A stretch of DNA of 64,000 bases from Mobula hypostoma (lineage: Eukaryota), in assembly GCF_963921235.1 (NCBI RefSeq), contig NC_086097.1, positions 183,460,001-183,524,000 of the forward strand, in the 5' to 3' direction. A program made the translations under genes and the position numbers. The notes below the pieces were generated by a model. That model searched no databases. It was given only the letters and a program-made list of their open reading frames with translations, and was not told where the DNA came from. Of the stretch, positions 39,976-52,602 are shown piece after piece (position 1 is the first letter of the stretch; each line of letters starts with the position of its first letter).

Positions 39976-41799
39976 GCTTACTGCTAGTGTCTTCCACAAT
40001 GAAGACTGATGCAAAATGCTTATTCAGTTCATTTGCTATTTCCTTGTCTCCCATTACTACCTAACCAGCAATATTTTCCATAGGTCTGATCTGTATTCTC
40101 ACCTCTTTTTTACTCTGTATATATCTGAAGAAACCCTTGGTTTCCTGTTAAATATTATTGGCTAGCTTACCTTTGTATTCCATTTTTTCTCTCTTTATGA
40201 CTTTTATAGTTGCCTTCTGTTGGTTTTTAAAAGCTTCCCAATCCTCTAACTTCCCACTAATTTTTGCTCTATCATATGCCCTGTATTTTGCTTTTATATT
40301 ACTTTTGACTTCGTCTGTTAGTCACGATTGCATCTTCCGTCCTTTAGCATACTTCTTCATCTTTGGGATGTATCTATCCCACACCTTCCGAATTCCCCCC
40401 AGAAACTCCAGCCATTGCTGCACCACCACTGTCCCTGTTAATGTCCCCTTCAAGTCAACTTTGGCCAGCTCCTCTCTCATACCTCTGTAATTCCCTTTAC
40501 TCCACTGTCATACTGATATATTTGACCTTCTACCTCTCAAATTACAGGCTGAATTATATCATATTATGATCATTGTCTCCTAAGTGTTCCTTTACCTTAA
40601 GCTCTCTAATCAATTCCAGTTCACTGCACACCACTAAGTCCAGAAAAGCTGATCCCTAGTGGGCTCAACCATGAGCTGCTCTACAAAGCCACCTTGTAGG
40701 CCCTCGTGTGATGCCGAATCAACCTGTTTTTCCCAATCTACCTGCACATTGAAATTCTCCTTGACTATTGTAACATTGCCCTTTGGATATTCCTTTTCTA
40801 TCTCCTGTTGTAATTTGTAACCCACATCTTCAGTACTGTTTGGAGGTCTGTATATAACTCCCATCAGGATCTTTTTACCTTTGCAGCTTCTTGGTTCTAC
40901 CCACAATGATTCCACACCTTCCGATCCTATGTCACCTCTTTCTCAGGATTTGATTTCAGTTTTTACCAGCAGAGCCACCCAACACCCTCCTCCTACCTTC
41001 CTGTCCTTTCGATACAGTGTGTATACTTGAACTTTAAGCTCCTAGATATAATCTTTCAGCCACAATTCAGTGATGCCTACAATGTCATACCTGCTAATTT
41101 CTGCAAGTTCATCTACCTTATTCCATATTTTGTATGCATTCAAGTATAACACCTTCAGTCCTGTGTCCATCACCCTTTTTGATTTTATCCCCCTTTTACA
41201 TTGCAATTCATCTCATTACTACAATTTTGCCCTTTAATCAGCCAATCCTTGCCAGCCGTCTCACTACGTACTGCCTCTGTTTTGTAAACCAACCGCTGCA
41301 TCCTCAGCACTATCACTCCAGTTCCCATTCCCCTTACCAAATTAGTTTAAACCCTCCCCATCAGCTCAAGCAAGCCTGCCTGCAAGGATATTGGTCCCCC
41401 TTGGGTTCAGGTGTAACCTGACCCATTTGTACAGGTTGTACCATCCCCAGAAGTGCTCCCAATGATCCAGAAACCTGAACCCCTGCTTCCTGCTGCAGTT
41501 CCTCAGCCACACATTTATCTGCCAAATGCTCTTATTCTTACTGTCCTGGCACATGGTACAGGCAGCAATACAGAGATTACTATCCTAGAGGTCCTGCATT
41601 TCAGCTTTCTACCTAGTTCCCTAAAACTTTTCTTTAGGACCTCCTTGCCTTTCCTATCTATGTCAATGGTGCCAATATGTACCAAGACTTCTGGCTGATC
41701 ACCCTCCCCCTTTAGAATCTGAGACATCCCTGACCCTGGCACCTGGGTTTCAACATACCATCCGGGCGTCTCTATGGAATTTCTTATCACTGCAGCGGT

Positions 41800-42005
41800 G
41801 TTGGAATAGAAAGCCGAGTTGAAGTGGATTGCCATTGGGAAATCCTGCCTTTTGCAATGGACAGAGCGAACATGCTCTATTAAATGGTCCCTCGAGCTGC
41901 ATCAGGTCTCACCGATGTAGAGTAAGCCACTCCGGGAGCACCATATACAATAAATGACCCTGAACGGCTTACAGGTGAGGCCCTGAATGATGGTGAGGGA
42001 GGGCG
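41800..42005 (-). mobile_element. Penelope GIY-YIG fragment
   Basis: VIYCIWCSRSGLLYIGET..MAIHFNS. Abuts an oppositely oriented pLTR piece. Confidence 0.75.
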
Positions 42006-42688
42006 CTGTCTAACCTGCTGAGTTCCTTCAGCATTTTGAGAGTGTTGCTTAAGATTTTTAGCATCTGCAGAACCTCGTGTCTTCTGAATTACTTGCTGAA
42101 TATATTACTAAATTTATTAGATATGTTTTGGGGTGTCGGGGTATGGATCATTTCCTATAGGATACAGATCCTCTGACCATCTTCTGCAACCATAGTAGGG
42201 TGGAGTGCCAGAGGACTAGAAGGTAGCTTAGAATGGGTCTAAGAATAAACCGGTAAATTACAGGCCAGTGAGCCTAATGTCAGCCTTGGGTAAATTATTG
42301 GATGGTACTCTAAGGGCCAGGACTTGAGGGCCTGATTAGAGATAGTCATGTCTAACCAGCCTTAGAGTTTTTTTTAAGGAGGTTACCAAGAAGATAGATG
42401 AAGAAATGACGATGCACAGTCGTCTACATGGACTTTAGCAAGGCCTTTGTCAAAGTCTACATGGGAGGCAGAAGATTAAGTTGCTTGGCATTCAGGGTGA
42501 AATAGTCACTGGTATTCAACATTTGCTTAGCAGGAGAAGCTAGCGAATGGTTGTCCTTCTAACTGGAGGCCTGTGATAGTGATGTGCCACAGGGCATGGT
42601 GCTGTGTTCATTGTTGTTTATCATCTATATTAATGATTAGATGATAATATGGTAAAGTGGATCAGCAAATTTACAGAGAACAAGATTG

Positions 42689-43251
42689 TGTTCGTCCATC
42701 GTCGACGTCAATGAGGACCTCGATACCATTATGATGGTGTTGAGACTAGAGCGTGATTTGGATTTAAGTGAGGGAGAGTTGCGCAGCATCAGCCTCACTC
42801 TCTCTTCCCAATTCCCATCTGGATCCAGTGGCAAGATAAGAGTCTAGACAGCTGGAGATGGGACTAGGCGCAGTGGATGACCAGGATGTCTTCTGTGTCT
42901 TGTCCTGCTCTACACGTTCCACGACGCTTGCAGAGACCGCCTTCTTGACCGTTGGACCTTCCATTGGTCTCGTCCGCTCAATCTGCCGGAGTCTGTCTTC
43001 ACATGCTGGGTTAGACAACTCCCTATCTCACCGAGGGTTTGAGACCCGTCGGCTACCCTCACCTGGTTTAGTCGGCTTGTCAAAGCCGTTGTCTGGGGTG
43101 TGGCCGCTGTCACATGCAAACAGCTACGGGGAACCACAGATGAGAGCTGAGTGCCAGGTGGGGACCAAAGATGGACTAACCGCCTTGAAAAGGATGCGAC
43201 ATTTTCCCCCACCAGAGGTGCTACCCCTCCCTGACAACACATACATCCCAT
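42689..43251 (-). mobile_element. Non-autonomous RTE-derived retroelement
   Basis: Perfect 14-bp TSD AGAGAACAAGATTG at 42675 and 43252. RTE-like UTR sequence (recalled). Confidence 0.75.
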
Positions 43252-43467
43252 AGAGAACAAGATTGGGGGCATAGTGGACAGCACGACTGAAACATACTGT
43301 GTGTTCTCAATCAGCTGGGAAAATGGGCTGAAACATGACAAAAGGAATGTAATGCAAACAAGTGTGAGTTGCAGGGTAAATCTTACACAGTGAAATGAGG
43401 TGTGCAGTAGAACAAAGGGACCAGGGAATACAGATCCTTTATTCTTTGAAAGTGGCACATTAGGTAG

Positions 43468-44090
43468 ATTAGATTAGATTATGAGGACACGCAGTCCTCT
43501 TTTATTGTCATTTAGTAATGCATGCGTTAAGAAATGATACAATGTTTTTCCAGAATGATATCACGAAAACACATGACAAACCGACTTAAAAACTAACAAA
43601 AACCACATAATTATAACATATAGTTACAACAGTGCAAAGCAATACCGTAATTTGATAAGAACAGACCATGACCCGGTAAAAGTCTCAAAGTCTCTCGAAA
43701 GTCCCATCATCTCACGCAGACGGTAAACCTCCAGCACCGCCAACTTGCTGATGCAGCATACTGGAAGCATCCGACCACAGTCCGACTCCGTCCGAAAACT
43801 CCGAGCCTCTGACCAGCTCCCCGACACCGAGCACTGAGCACCATCTCTGCCGAGCGTTTTGACCCCGGCCCTGGCAACAGGCAATAGGCAAAGCCGAGGA
43901 TTTGGGGCCTTCGTCTCTGGAGATTCTTGATTGCACAGTAGCAGCGGCAGCAAAGCAGGCATTTCAGAAGTTACTCCAGGTGTTCCGGCTGTCTCTATCA
44001 AATCAGGATTGTGCACGGCCCCCTAGTTACACATACGATATTCATTCGGAACTTCCGCGTGCGCTGCCATCTTCTCCTCCCTCCTTCCTT
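43468..44090 (-). mobile_element. Non-autonomous Rex1/L2-like element
   Basis: 5' end AAGATGGCAGCG. 3' TGACAATAAAA followed by an (AATCT)n tail. No RT. Interrupts the CR1 at TAGAT. Confidence 0.6.
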
Positions 44091-44176
44091 AGATAGTGTC
44101 ATAAAGAGAGTTTTTAACACATTAGCTCTCATAAATCAAGGCATTGAGTACAGGAGTTGGGGTGTTATGTTGAAGT

Positions 44177-44575
44177 TCTACAAGATGTTGATGAGGTCAA
44201 GTTCAAGTTCAAGTTTATTGTCATTCAGCCATATACATGTATACCACCAAATGAAACAACGTTCCTGCAGAATAAGGTGCACAACATAGTACATATATCT
44301 CACACGTAACACAGAAAGTAATATTACCACAATTAAATTAACAAATAATAAAATATTTTCTGGAAGATTGACATTTAGCACAGGGTGCATTTACGACACA
44401 AATTAAAAAGTAAACAGTGTAACACTGCTGCTTCATAACTAACTAAAACTGGGGTGGTGGCAGGGAGTTCAGTACTCTCACAGCCATGGAGGAAGAAGCT
44501 GTTGTCCATCCGAACAGTCTTTGCCTTAATGCTATGGTACCTCCTGCCTGATGGTAGGAAGTCAAAGAGATAGCA
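44177..44575 (-). mobile_element. Rex1 3' end
   Basis: LFDFLPSGRRY and a (CTTGAA)n tail. Confidence 0.75.
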
Positions 44576-45079
44576 GTCAAATTTGGAGTATTGTGTGCAG
44601 TTCTGGTCACCTACCTACTGGAAAGATATCAATAGATTTGAAAGAGTACAAAGGATGTTGCTGGGACTTGAGGACCTGAATTATAGGGAAAGGTTGGATA
44701 TGTTTGGTCTTTATTTCCTGAAGGGGAGGTCTTATGTACTGTAGGTATACAAAGCCATAAGAGATAGGGTGAATCCATGCAAATTTTTTCTCCTTAGGTT
44801 GGGTGAGACTAGAACCGGAGATTATAGGTGTAGGCTGAAAGATAAAGTATTTATGTGGAACCTGAGGGGGAACTTTTTCCTTCAGAGGGTAGAGTGGGTG
44901 TAGAATGAGCTACCAGTGGAAGCGATGGATTGTAACATTTAAGATAAATTTGGATAGGTACAAGTGCAAGTAGATGGAACGAGCAGAAGACCAGGTCAGC
45001 ATGGACTAGATGGGCCAAAGGGCATGGTATCATGATGTAGTGCTCAATGACTTGATGGTAACCCTGGCCTAATGGGTCT

Positions 45080-47295
45080 ATGCTGATCATACTACTCACC
45101 CCAATAGTCACAAATTCCTGTGTTTGGCCCATATCCTTCTAAGCCCTGTCCCTCCATATACTCATTCCATGTAATTCTTAAATACAGACATCCCCCGCTT
45201 TTCAAACGTTCGCTTTACGAAACCTCACTGTTACGAAAGACCTACATTAGTACCCTGTTCTTGCTAACAGAAGGTGTTTTCACTGTTACGAAAAAAGCAG
45301 CTCGCGACCCGAGCAGCCGCTCTCCCCGGGATTCGGAACGGCATTGCTTAAGCACGTGCCTGTGAGCAGCCGTTAGCAAGATGAGTTCTAAGGTATCGGA
45401 AAAGCCTAAAAGAGCTCGTAAGGGTGTTACACTTAGCGTAAAACTAGACATAATTAAGCATTCTGATTGTGGTGAATGGAGTAAGGACAACGTGAGTTTG
45501 GCTTGTGGAAGCTGACGAAGATGATGTTGAAGAGGTTTTGGCATCCCATGACCAAGAACTGATAGATGAAGAGCTGATGCAATTGGAAGAGGAAAGGATA
45601 ACAATCGCAACCAAATGAGTAATGATAAAGTACGTCTTTAATTTTGAAAGGGTACGTCGGTTTAGGGGATATTTGCAGGATGGTTTGAGTGCTTACAAAG
45701 AACTGTATGATAGAAAAATGTGCGAGGCTCAGCAGTCAAGCAAGCCTTCCACATCAGCCACAGCAGACAACGAACCTCAACCTTCGACATCGAGGCGGGC
45801 AGAGATAGAAGAAGATGAGCTGCCTGCTCTAATGGAAACAGACGACGAGATGATACCCCAGTGTCCCACCACCCCAACACCCAGGCCGAGACAGATACCG
45901 ATTCGCGGAGAATGCAGTGGTAGCCAGGAGACACACAGCACATCTTTAAGAAAAGAAACAAAATAAACATGCTAATTAATTAGGTGCCACCCAGCACGTA
46001 ATTGTCGGCCCAGATCAGAGGCGATGCAATCGGCAATCATCTCTGATCTGGGCCGACATTTACGTGCCGGGCGGCACCTAATTAATTAGCTTGTTTATTT
46101 CGGCTTTTTTTCTTAAAGATGTGCTGGATGCATTCCAGCTACCGCTGGACCCCTGCATGCTTCGCGGATCGGTATTGGTTCGCTGCCTGTAGGGTAGGGG
46201 CCACTGCACCACCCAAACTCCGACGACTCAGTCTAACACACCATCATCAGCGTGCTCCGTGCTTTCCCAATTCCGGTAAGTGATACTACACTGTACATAC
46301 ATTATTTCTACTTTATATCGGCTGTGTATTTTTATGTGTTATTTGGTATGATTTGGGAGCTTCATAGCTTAAAGGTTACTGGAGAGCGCTTGCGCCGTGT
46401 TTTTGCTGAGAGTGCTTGCATGAGATTTTCGCTACGGAGAACAGTTCAGGCAATGATTGTGGAAAAGTATTTCTACTTTACATAAGCTGTGTATTTATCA
46501 TATCATTCTTGCTTTTACTATATGTTACTGTTATTTTAGGTTTTATGTGTTATTTGGCATGATTTGGTAGGTTATTTTTGGGTCTGCAAACGCTCACAAA
46601 ATTTTCCCATATAAATAAATGGTAATTGCTTCTTCACTTTACGACATTCCGGCTTATGAACCATTTCATAGGAACGCTCTACCTTCGGATGGCGGGGGAA
46701 ACCTGTAATACTATTGTACCTGCCTTAACCACTTCTCTGGCAGCTTGTTCCTTATACTCACCACCATCTGCATTAAAGCATTGCCCCTCAGTTTGCTTTT
46801 AAATATTAGCCCTCTCACCCTATCTCTGTCCCCCTAGTTTTTATACTCCACTACCCTGGGCTAAAGACTGTTACCATCCACTGTCATAATTTTAAACAGT
46901 TAACGAAGGTTGGCCCTCATTGTCCTAAGTTTCAATGAATAAAAACCAAGCCTGCCAAACATCTCCCTATAACTCTGGCCTCTAGTTTTGCAACATCCTC
47001 AGAAATCTTCCCTGCACTTTTCCAAGTCTTTCCACATCTTTCCTATAACAGGGTGCCAAAAACTGAACACAGAATGACAAGTGCAGCCTCACCAATGACC
47101 TGTATAAATGAAACATAACGTCCCAACTCTTATACTGTGCCCAAACTGATGAAGCCAGCTGGTTAAGAGCCTTTTTCACCACCTTGTCTACCTGTGGCAC
47201 TGCTTTCAATGGGCTATGAACTTGTGCTCTTCTGTGACTCTGTTCCATTACACTATCCAGTGCCCTATCATTCATTCATAGTACAAGTCCGAAAC
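45080..47295 (-). mobile_element. CR1 3' fragment interrupted by Tigger
   Basis: VDKVVKKA..YRSLVRLHL..CVQF motifs. Confidence 0.7.
45185..46705 (+). mobile_element. Internally deleted Tigger/pogo transposon
   Basis: TA-flanked CAG..TCCCCCGC TIRs. RKGVTLSVKLDIIK (psq HTH) and DVEEVLASHDQEL remnants. DDE core absent. Confidence 0.88.
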
Positions 47296-47304
47296 AATAG
47301 TATA

Positions 47305-49575
47305 CTGGTCAGGTGTTAGATCTCACAGTGGGAGAGCATTTTGGAGATAGTGATCATAATTCCTTCTCCTTTACAATAGCATTGGAGAGAGATAGGAACA
47401 GACAAGATTGAAAAGCGTTTAATTGGAGTAAGAGGAATTATGAGGCTATCAGGCAGGAAATTGGAAGCTTAAATTGGCAACAGATGTTCTCAGGGAAAGA
47501 ATGGAAGAAATATTGCAAATGTTTAGGGGATATTTGTGTGGCGTTCTGCATAGGTATGTTCCAATGAGACAGGGGAGTTATGGTAGGGTACAGGAACCGT
47601 GGTGTTCAAAGGCTGAAATAAATCTAGTCAAGAAGAAAAGAAAAGCTTACGAAAGGTTCAGAGAGTTAGGTAACGTTAGGGATCTAGAAGGTTATAAGGC
47701 TAACAGGAAGGAGTTTAAAAAGGAAATTAGGAGAGCCAGAAGGGGCCATGAGAAGGCCCTGGCAGACAGGATAAAGGAAATCCCCAAGGCATTCTACAAG
47801 TATGTGAAGAGCAAGAGGATAATACGTGAAAGAATAGAACCTATCTAGTGTGACAGTGGGAAATAGCAGGGATACTTAATGAATACTTTACTTCAGTATT
47901 CAGTATGGAAAAGGATCTTGGTGATTGTAGTGATGACTTGCAGCAGATTGAAAAGCTTGAGCATGTAGATATTAAGAAAGAGGATGTGCTGGAGCTTTTG
48001 GAAAGCATCAAGTTGGATAAGTCGCTGGGACCGAATGAGATGTACCCCAGGCTACTGTGGGAGGCAAGGGAGGAGATTGCTGAGCCTCTGGTGATGATCT
48101 TTGAATCATCAATGGGGATGGGAGAGGTTTCAGAGGATTGGAGGGTTGTGAATGTTGTTCCTTTATTCAAGAAAGTGAGTAGAGATAGCCCAGGAAATTA
48201 TAGACCAGTGAGTCAGACTTCAGTGGTTGGTATGTTGATGGAGAAGATCCTGAGAGGCAGGATTTATGAATATTTGGAGAGGTATAATATGATTAGGAAT
48301 AGTTAGCATGGCTTTGTCAAGGGCAGGTCGTGCCTGATTGAATTTTTTGAGGATGTGACTAAACACATCGATGAAGGAAGAACAGTAGATGTAGTGTATG
48401 TGGATTTCAGCAAGGCATTTGATAAGGTACCCCATGCAAGTCTTATTGAGAAAGTAAGGAGGCATGGGATCCGAGGGGAAGTTGCTTTGTGGATCCAGAA
48501 CTGGCTTGCCCACAGAAAGGAAAGAGTGGTTGTAGATGGGTCATATTCTGCATGGAGGTCGGTGACCAGTGGTGTACCTCAGGAATCTGTCCTGGGACCC
48601 TTACTCTTCGTGATTTTTATAAATGACCTGGATGAGGAAGTGGAGGGATGGGTTAGTAAGTTTGCTGATGACACAGAGGTTGGAGGTGTTGTGGATAGTG
48701 TGGAGGGCTGTCAGAGGTACAGCGGTACATTGATAGGATGCAAAACTGGGCTGAGAAGTGGCAGATGGAGTTCAACCCAGATAAGTGTGAAGTAGTTCAT
48801 TTTGGTACGTCAAATATGATGGCAGAATATAGTATTAATGTTAAGACTCTTGGCAGAGTGGAGTATCAGAGGGATCTTGGGGTCCAAGTCCATAGGATGC
48901 TCAAAGCAGCTGCGCAGGTTGACGCTGTGGTTAAGAAGGCATACGGTGTATTGGCCTTCATTAATTGTGGAATTGAATTTAGGAGCGGAGAGGTAATGTT
49001 GTAGCTATATAGGACCCTGGTTAGACCCTACTTAGAGTGCTGTGCTCAGTTCTGGTCACCTCACTACAGGAAGGATGTGGAAGCCATAGATAGGGTGCAG
49101 AAGAGATTTACAAGGATGTTGCCTGGATTGGGGAGCATGCCTTATGAAGACAGGTTGAGTGAACTCAGCCTTTTCTCCTTAGAGCGACGGAGGATGAGAG
49201 GTGACCTGATAGATGTGTATAAGATTACGAGGGGCATTGATCGTGTGGATAGTCAGAGGCTTTTTCCCAGGCTGAAGTGGTTGCCACAAGAGGACACAGG
49301 TTTTAGGTGCTGGGGAGTAGTTACAGAGGAGATGTCAGGGGTAAGTTTTTTATGCAGAAGGTGGTGAGTGCATGGAATGGGCTGCCGGCAACGGTGGTGG
49401 AGGCGGATACGATAGGGTTTTTTAAGAGACTTTTTGATAGGTACATGGAGTTTAGAAAAATAGAGGGCTATGGGAAAGTCTACTAATTTCTAAGGTAGGA
49501 ACATGTTCAGCACAACTTTGTGGGCTGAAGGGCCTGTATTGTGCTGTAGGTTTTCTATGTTTCTATGTTTCTATC
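47305..49575 (+). mobile_element. CR1, same subfamily as 36335-39975
   Basis: Shared LELLESIKLDKSLG and KFADDT motifs. (TTTCTATG)n tail. Confidence 0.92.
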
Positions 49576-49599
49576 TCAGAAGAGCTTGATGATGATAAC

Positions 49600-50765
49600 C
49601 CCCTACCTTTACTATTTTCTGATATGGTTACAATAAACAAATGAATGAGAAATAATTTCCTAAAACTAAATGAAGATACAACTGAAATACTTCCGGTTGG
49701 TCTCAAAGTAAAAAAAAATTCCTGATAAATCTGGGAACTTGGCTCCTCTTATAAAATGAGAAGTAACGAGCCTGGGTGTTACCCTTGATTTAGATTTGAA
49801 TTTTAAATCCCACATAAAGAAAATGACCAGTGTAGCAATTCTATACTTAAGAAATATTGCAAAAGGGGCCAGCTGGTGGCGTAACGGCATCGGCGCCGGA
49901 CCCGGGAGTGGAGGTTCCCAGGTTCGAATCCAGTCAGGTCCGCTCCCGAGTACGCTTTCCCTCCGTGCCAGGTTGAGTGTCCAGATCGCAACTTGACCTC
50001 ATAAAATAAAAAGGGAAAAATATTGCAAAAATGTCTGTGTGAGGAGTGGCGTGTCACACAGCCTCCCTCTCTCCCTCTCTCGCGCTCTGCGTCTTGTAAA
50101 AGCCAGGAAAAAGCCACCATCACGGACGGACACACGCACATTCACAGACTTGCACGCATGCAGGCACATGCAAAATAAAGAAATATTACAAAGGGTTTCT
50201 GTCACGTAATGATGCTGAAAAAGTAATTCACGCCTTTATATTGAATAGAGTAGATCATTGGTGTGCACTTTTTCCTTCAAACTTCATCTCATTCAAAACA
50301 ATGCTGCCAGACTTTTAACTAAAATCAGGATGAGCAACATATCATTTCCAACCTATATATTCTACACAGGCTTCCTGTATCTTTTCAAATTGATTTTAAA
50401 GTTCTCTTACTTGTTTGTAAAGCTACCAATGATCCGGAATACGTCACAGAATCACTTTTGTTTTGTAACCCTGCTTGAGCTCTCAGGCCTTCTTTTGCTG
50501 GCCTCTCTCAGTCTCCCTCAAAAGATAATTGACAGGTCATCTTTTATGAACTACACGCCTAAGCTGTGAAACTCGATAACCTAAAACTACAAGGGATGCA
50601 GACTCAGTTGACACTTTTAAGTGCAAATTCAAAACCTATTTATTTAACTTTGCTTTTAACTAACATCTTCCTATTTTAATTTTAATGTTTGAATTTTATC
50701 CCATTGTAAAGCACTTTGACCTGCATTGTTTGTATAAAATGTGTTCTATAAATAAATTAATATTA
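49600..50765 (+). mobile_element. L2 LINE 3' fragment
   Basis: YLRNIAK, IHAFI and IQNNAARLLT motifs. TGTAAAGCACTTTG..TATAAATAAA tail. Confidence 0.82.
49865..50177 (+). mobile_element. tRNA-derived SINE
   Basis: A-box TGGCGTAACGG and B-box GGTTCGAATCC. TSD AAGAAATATTGCAAA/AAGAAATATTACAAA. Confidence 0.88.
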
Positions 50766-50803
50766 CCATGTTATTATTTGCAAAGTGTATCACCTCACAC
50801 TTA

Positions 50804-51921
50804 CAGACATCCCACCCTGCAAAAACTCATTTCAGGGAGCTAGCACCACCATTTCAGGGAGGTAGCACCCTCGCCCCCCGCAACCCCATATCCCCCCTCC
50901 CCCAAGGGCGCATGTATACGGGACATTTGATTATGAAAGAACACAACAATTTATTTGACACATATTGAAACTATATACACACACACACACATATATATAT
51001 ATTTCTTGTTGAGTATTTTGTTGGCAATCTCAATGCCAATACAAATAGCTTTTCTATTTTTTTTCCAAACTTTCCTTGTACTGTGATGTGGCTCTGCTGA
51101 AAAGAACTGTGAAATACTTGAGCAGCCTTCCCTGCGATTAGCCTCCCTAATATGTTGTGGTCCCTAAAAGAAATAAAAGCATAAGGTGTATCCTTATTAT
51201 ATTGTCTTATGTGATACTTTGTTTAGTGATTTTGTCTAATCTGTAAACCAATCTGTAATCTGTAAACTGGGTATATGTAGAAAATGTGACATTAAAATAC
51301 AGTATGTACTTATATATTATCATGGAGTCATTTTTTAATTCTGTTACAACTTTAAGCACATCTACAGGGAGTTTGGCCTCATCACGTAGGACATCAATAG
51401 AGTAGCTCCTTAGCAGCTAGCCAGCTAGTTTAAATAACGTTAGTTATGCTAATGAACGAATGACACCTGTTAAACTCACCTCAACATGTCTTTTACAGTC
51501 CTAACCCACCATGGGCAATCGAAAAGTCGCTGTTGCATCAGTGCAGCGAGCAACACTGTCATTATTTTTGACTCTATTAGGCAGGGGTACACTTTAGTGT
51601 AGTCTGGGGTGAAGTGTGTTTTATATTTTCTTTTTTTGAAACACTTTGCCATGGCAGTGCAGGACATAAAACTGAACTGATGGAGAGACAGAGGTCGACT
51701 GTAAAGCCCGCCCACAGAGAAAACTGATAGGTCTACTTAGCACAAATAGAGACCAATCAGGATGCTCGCTCTTGCTCCCGCTTTCGATCTCCCTCCTGCT
51801 CCCGCTCTCCCTCTCCCGCTCCCTCTCATTTCCGGGATATTGTATATAATTTGTGGGCGTTAGGGAGCTGCTATTAATATTTGGGAGACTCCCGGAACTT
51901 CTGGGAGAGGTGGGATGTCTG
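50804..51921 (-). mobile_element. Non-autonomous hAT-like DNA transposon with 6-bp TSD, inside a CR1 fragment (~50770-52200, minus)
   Basis: Perfect TIR CAGACATCCCACC and TSD CACTTA. N-terminal zinc-finger-like remnant (KYKTHF..YPCL..DFSIAHGG). Confidence 0.85.
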
Positions 51922-52206
51922 CACTTATCTGTATTGAAACCTATTTGCCACTGCTCGGCCTATTTACCTAACTCATCAATATCCCCTTCAATCTATGATA
52001 ATTTAATTCACTATCAACACCTCCTAAAATTTCATGTCATCTGCAAACATTACTGATCAAGCCTTGTGCATTTTGCATCCAAATCATTGATATAAATAAC
52101 GGTAAGTAGGGTGCTAACACTGATCCCCGTGGCATACCATTAGCCACCAGCTTCCATTCCAAGAAACAACCTCAACCATCATCCTTTGCTTCCTAACTCT
52201 GTGCCA

Positions 52207-52602
52207 CTGTTGCCATAGCTGACTGTTGTCTAGACTGAATGCTGCCTTGACTAACTGTTGCCAAGGCTGACTGTTGCCGTAGCTGACTGTTGCCATGGCT
52301 GATTGTTGCCGTGGCTGATTGTTGCTGTGGCTGATTGTTGCTGTGGCTGATTGTTGCCAAGGCTGACTGTTGCCATAGCTGACTGTTGCCATGGCTGATT
52401 GTTGCCGTGGCTGATTGTTGCTGTGGCTGATTGTTGCTGTGGCTGATTGTTGCCAAGGCTGACTGTTGCCATAGCTGACTGTTGCCATGGCTGATTGTTG
52501 CCATGGCTGATTGTTGCCGTGGCTGATTGTTGCTGTGGCTGATTGTTGCCATGGCTGACTGATGCCGTAGCTGACTGTTGCCGTGGCTGATTGTTGTCTA
52601 GG
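52207..52602. repeat. 16-bp minisatellite with a 96-bp higher-order period
   Basis: 24 full units plus a partial unit, consensus YTGTTGCCRTGGCTGA. Confidence 0.97.

Larger units (their letters stand above)
33500..41770 (-). mobile_element. Long CR1 with ORF1 esterase remnant, split by a Penelope and another CR1
   Basis: Pieces at ~33500-34850, 36081-36335 and 39975-41770. VLVHIGTID and GVIYRPPNS motifs. Confidence 0.82.
42195..45050 (+). mobile_element. CR1 split by three insertions
   Basis: Collinear RT and C-terminal pieces, with the tail near 45000-45050. Confidence 0.8.

Noticed and set aside
45185..45198. CAGACATCCC shared by the Tigger left end and the TIR at 50804
   Set aside because: Different TSDs (TA versus 6 bp) and different transposase remnants. 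Probably coincidental mutation.
49865..49945. tRNA gene
   Set aside because: A and B boxes are present, but there is no clean cloverleaf or terminator, and it continues into a SINE body with a TSD.
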